IMG/VR virus record: IMGVR_UViG_3300042368_002048
Location: 1 to 47,074 of that record
Direction: 5' to 3' (one strand)
DNA length: 47,074 bases
From: a virus
Lineage: Duplodnaviria; Caudoviricetes
Shown here: piece after piece, positions 43,878 to 47,074 of the stretch
Layout of the letters: the number at the start of each line of letters is the position of its first letter
Position numbering within the stretch: position 1 is the stretch's first letter
Notes under the pieces: generated by a model
Seen by the model: only the letters and a program-made list of their open reading frames with translations
Told to the model about the DNA's origin: nothing
Databases searched by the model: none
Program-made: the position numbers and the translations under genes

Positions 43878-45344
43878 TTAAGCTATATCAAAATAAATAT
43901 TAATTGAAGGATTTTCACCATCATTAACGTTGACATAGTAGCTTCCTGGATCGGATACTATATCTGGCACAACTGTTAACGACCCGACTGCTAATGCACC
44001 GCTTGTAATCAAAGTAGAAGGCTCTTCATAAATTGAATAGCTTCCAGTACCATTTAATACAATTTCAGATGGTGGCTCAACTAAGTTGTAGTTGGTTTCA
44101 GAAGAGATTTGGAAGACTTCGCCATTGATTGTGATGGTTACGAAATCGCTACCAGCATTTACAAGTTCTGTAACTCTGGCATCGCCCGCAGCAGCTGCAT
44201 CGTTCCATAATGCATGAATCGACCCAGTATATCCAGCAGGAACTTCATAATAATCAAATGCGCCAAGTTTTACAGTAAAGCTGCTAGTAGTAGCCGCCGA
44301 ACCAAGTTTGATAAACATGGGGCGATTAGAGTTGTTATAAACGATAGCGCCTTCACGTTCTGCATTTGCCGCAAGTAATTCTGCATTGATTAATGAAGCT
44401 GCAGCCGTAGTAATTACCGCAGAATTTGCTTTTGTTGGATTAACTTGAAGCACACCATTGCTATCGAGTTTAAAGATTTGCACATTGGTTCCATCCCAAC
44501 CACCGGCAAGAAGAGGAAATCCTGAAGGTGCAAATCCCGCAGCGGCAGCGCCTACCATTATTAATCGACCCTGATCATCGCTCAAAATGTCTCGGGTAAT
44601 ACTACCATCAGAAGCACCCAAACGAACAGGGCTGCCTGCTAACGCAATCCCATCAGCAACAGCACCAACATAAATTAAACGACCAGAAGTATCGGTTTGA
44701 AGAGTTCTTGTATCTGTTCCATCCGATCCGCCGAGGAGTATAGGAGCACCAGCAACAGCTGAACCGTCAGCTGCAGCGCCCACGGAAATCAAACGACCAG
44801 AAGAATCTGATGAAATATCAAGCGCATCAGTTCCATTAGTGGCGGCAACTCGAATAGGAGCACCGGCTAAAGCGCTTCCGCTTTCGGCAGCACCAGCAAG
44901 TATAAGTTTGCCGGAAGAATCTGATAAAAGATCTTTAGTGTTAGCACCATCTGAAGCGCCGATTCGAACGGGATTGCCGACAACTGTAGAGCCTACTACT
45001 CCAAGACCTCCTACATTTGCAAGTAATTGCGAGGCGTCATCTTGAACAATTGATAAATCTGCTGGGAAGTTATCAACATCAACATGACCCATTACTTTGA
45101 GTTCATCTATTGTACCTGCAGTACCTTGTGCGCTAACTACTCCTTCGGCAGGAGAGCCTGTTGTGCCTGCACCAGCAACAAGTTTACGACCTTCTGAATC
45201 TAAAGAAATGTAATGAGTATCGGCTCCATCAGAACCAGCGAGCAAGAAAGCTCCGCTATTTGCTGGTAAAGATTCGCCTTCTTTCACAACTATTTCATAG
45301 CCATCGCTATTGAATAAAGTCTTAATGGGAGATTCTAAAGACAT
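43878..45344 (-). CDS. Putative virion fibre protein with 38-aa repeats
   Basis: Repeats D..GRLI.VGAA..G.A.AG.P...G.SDG..T.DI.S, then REGAIVYNNSNR domain, then a ~90-aa tip. Confidence 0.7.
   Translation of the reverse strand: MSLESPIKTLFNSDGYEIVVKEGESLPANSGAFLLAGSDGADTHYISLDSEGRKLVAGAGTTGSPAEGVVSAQGTAGTIDELKVMGHVDVDNFPADLSIVQDDASQLLANVGGLGVVGSTVVGNPVRIGASDGANTKDLLSDSSGKLILAGAAESGSALAGAPIRVAATNGTDALDISSDSSGRLISVGAAADGSAVAGAPILLGGSDGTDTRTLQTDTSGRLIYVGAVADGIALAGSPVRLGASDGSITRDILSDDQGRLIMVGAAAAGFAPSGFPLLAGGWDGTNVQIFKLDSNGVLQVNPTKANSAVITTAAASLINAELLAANAEREGAIVYNNSNRPMFIKLGSAATTSSFTVKLGAFDYYEVPAGYTGSIHALWNDAAAAGDARVTELVNAGSDFVTITINGEVFQISSETNYNLVEPPSEIVLNGTGSYSIYEEPSTLITSGALAVGSLTVVPDIVSDPGSYYVNVNDGENPSINIYFDIA
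44450..45010 (-). repeat. About five degenerate 114-bp (38-aa) tandem repeats
   Basis: DSSGKLILAG / DSSGRLISVG / DTSGRLIYVG / DDQGRLIMVG periodicity; boundaries approximate. Confidence 0.8.
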
Positions 45345-45430
45345 AATATATCCTAAAGAGTTAAAAGTAATTACTTTTTTTCTTTCTTATTAATATGCAA
45401 AAATATTAATCAATTGTTTTGCTTATCTAT

Positions 45431-45464
45431 AAAAAAACGACCGGGAGTTTTTAGTTCCCGGTCG
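45431..45464 (-). terminator. Intrinsic terminator
   Basis: Minus strand CGACCGGGA-actaaaaac-TCCCGGTCG followed by TTTTTTT. Confidence 0.88.
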
Positions 45465-45491
45465 AAACTAGGTTAAGTTTTTAGTTGTGAA

Positions 45492-47072
45492 TCAAACAGA
45501 GATTCCATATCGTGATGCAAGATATGCTATTGTATCAGTTTTTTCCTGTGCGCCCTGAACTGCATTGTAATAAAGAACTTCAGCGGTGCTTGTTCCTAAA
45601 CTGTAACCGAGCTGGTACTTCCATGGCGTTCCGTAGATAGGCATTACTCCATCACCAGTATTGCCACCCCCACTCATGAGCGAGGCACCACCCCAGCTCC
45701 ACTCTGGGATGAAAGTAGAAGAAGCTCCAAATATTTGTAATGTGTTTGTACTCGTATTTGTCTCATATTCATATGAAATATAAATTATGAGTGGTTGATT
45801 GGGCTCAACTGTCTTCGTAATTGTTCCAGACCCATTATAACCAGTCAACTTTATAGCAGGACCTAAAGCCCCGCCCATATCATTAGCGTATATGTTATAC
45901 CCTTGACCATCATATGGATATCCTCCAGATAACCAAAGAAGATGGTTGTTCCCACCCTCGTAAACAGGTTTGACAACCATGATAATGGTATTACCAGCTA
46001 GTCGAGGTCCTAAATCGAATGAAGGAGTACTCCAGTTGTCAATAAGCCCGCCGTTACCAAAATCAAGTGTTGGTTGATTGTTGAATTCTGAATTTGATGA
46101 ATTGTAATATATGGGTCCATTATAGACTCTTGTCAAATCAGATGGACCTTGACGATCATCCCAGCCTGTAACCGATGCTCCATTTGAAAGACCGATGTCA
46201 TCAGCTCGATACCATCCTCTTAAGTTTGTTAGACTTGGATCGGTGGGTCCTCCGCCACCACCACCACCACCACCACCACCACCGCCACCAGGAGCGAATT
46301 CAGTGACAATTGCAGATCCTGTAGCGGTAGCATCATTCCAGGTGCCAGAAATTTCACCTGTAAATCCTGATGGAACTAAATATTGTCCAAAAGGAGCTAT
46401 TTTCGTAGTGAAACTAGAGTAAGTGATAGAAGATCCTAATTTTACATAAAGGAATCTATTTGAATTGTTATAAACAATTGCCCCTTCACGAGCAACGTTT
46501 GATGCCAATAAGCTGGCAGCTGAAGTTGTTGCTGTTGTCGTATACAATGTAGCATCTGAAGATTTGACTTGGCTAACTTGAAGCGCTCCAGCATTATCTA
46601 GTTTAAATATTTGAACATTAGTTCCATCTGAGCCGCCAGCAAGAACTGGGTTTCCAGAAGGAGCAGATCCAGCTGCAGCAGCGCCTACTCTAATCAAACG
46701 ACCTTGGTCATCTGAAAGAATATTGCGAGTCATTGTACCGTCTGATGCACCTAATCTTACTGGGGATCCAGCAACAGCACTTCCATCAATTTCTGCGCCT
46801 ACAAAAATTAAGCGACCATCTGAATCGGTACGAATATCTTGAGTATTGGCGCTATCTGAACCACCAATTCTAACTGGAGCGCCTGAAACAGCAGCACCGT
46901 CAGCTGCAGCGCCAACCATAATTAATCTACCGTCAGAATCTGATAGAATATCAACTGCATTGGAACCATCTGAAGCGCCAATTCTAATAGGAGCGCCTGC
47001 TAATGGATCTCCGCTTGGAACGGCGCCATCAATAACTAATCTTCCAGAAGAATCTGATAAAAGATCTACTGT
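45492..47072 (-). CDS. Putative virion fibre protein, paralogue of 43878-45344, with poly-Gly linker and LamG/ConA-like tip; 5'-truncated by window edge
   Basis: Frame stays open to the window end (TVDLLSDSSGRLVIDGA...); same 38-aa repeats and REGAIVYNNSNR domain; G14; LRGWYRADD...V.GWDD...AEVLYYN...YLASRYGI. Confidence 0.75.
   Translation of the reverse strand, partial: TVDLLSDSSGRLVIDGAVPSGDPLAGAPIRIGASDGSNAVDILSDSDGRLIMVGAAADGAAVSGAPVRIGGSDSANTQDIRTDSDGRLIFVGAEIDGSAVAGSPVRLGASDGTMTRNILSDDQGRLIRVGAAAAGSAPSGNPVLAGGSDGTNVQIFKLDNAGALQVSQVKSSDATLYTTTATTSAASLLASNVAREGAIVYNNSNRFLYVKLGSSITYSSFTTKIAPFGQYLVPSGFTGEISGTWNDATATGSAIVTEFAPGGGGGGGGGGGGGGPTDPSLTNLRGWYRADDIGLSNGASVTGWDDRQGPSDLTRVYNGPIYYNSSNSEFNNQPTLDFGNGGLIDNWSTPSFDLGPRLAGNTIIMVVKPVYEGGNNHLLWLSGGYPYDGQGYNIYANDMGGALGPAIKLTGYNGSGTITKTVEPNQPLIIYISYEYETNTSTNTLQIFGASSTFIPEWSWGGASLMSGGGNTGDGVMPIYGTPWKYQLGYSLGTSTAEVLYYNAVQGAQEKTDTIAYLASRYGISV
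46248..46289 (-). repeat. Trinucleotide repeat encoding 14 Gly
   Basis: (ACC)9 perfect at 46257-46283 on +, inside a run of 14 GGN codons. Confidence 0.95.
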
Positions 47073-47074
47073 AG

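Noticed and set aside
2126-46422. Short antisense or nested ORFs in the track (e.g. 2126-2356, 14724-14981, 15002-15325, 17051-17422, 35212-35550, 44839-45045, 46195-46422)
   Set aside because: They lie within well-supported genes, mirror low-complexity codons of the real gene, and show no recognisable motif
43878-47074. Diversity-generating retroelement template/variable repeat pair
   Set aside because: Differences between the paralogues affect all bases, mostly at third codon positions, both copies are coding, and no reverse transcriptase is in the window
1-47074. Stop-codon reassignment as seen in some large phages
   Set aside because: Known enzymes are full length in the standard code, and TAA, TAG and TGA all end genes at sensible positions
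1-47074. Eukaryotic giant virus or bacterial chromosome origin
   Set aside because: Shine-Dalgarno sites, coupled operons, intrinsic terminators, sigma70, DnaB/DnaC and muralytic enzymes point to a bacterial host; UvsW-like helicase, T4-like RNase H, fibres and many orphans point to a phage. No capsid or terminase gene is in the window, so the call is inferred
1-47074. tRNA, rRNA or CRISPR array
   Set aside because: Intergenic gaps are short and none shows a cloverleaf with a T-loop motif or regularly spaced repeats; checked by eye only

Overview
AT-rich (roughly 30-33% GC by eye), gene-dense segment of a large tailed-phage (jumbo-phage-like) genome read in the standard code, with tightly overlapping genes and AGGAG-type RBSs. 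The + strand block (1-~31.0 kb) carries four NDP-sugar SDR enzymes, a tubulin/FtsZ-superfamily GTPase, a replication module (UvsW-like helicase, DnaC-like loader, DnaB), a sigma70-type factor, class Ia RNR, IMPDH/GMPR, DHFR, two DEDDh exonucleases and an SCO6735-like macrodomain. The - strand block (~31.0-47.1 kb) carries peptidoglycan hydrolases, a repair cluster (5'-3' nuclease, UvsE, zincless Fpg/Nei, Nudix), RmlA, an IS607 (tnpA-tnpB) element and repeat-rich fibre-like virion proteins. Highlights read directly from the sequence: (1) the IS607 ends map to 39720-41644; it sits at the TG of an ATG, splits an unannotated cupin gene, and its last ~180 nt fold into five consecutive hairpins (omega-RNA candidate) whose guide would match the empty allele; (2) several enzyme homologues have lost catalytic residues yet remain full ORFs (MetAP-like, NadE-like, possibly the cupin and a glycosyltransferase), suggesting a pseudoenzyme/decoy repertoire. 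All family calls come from motif recognition by eye; no database searches or folding programs were run. No tRNA, rRNA or CRISPR array was seen.
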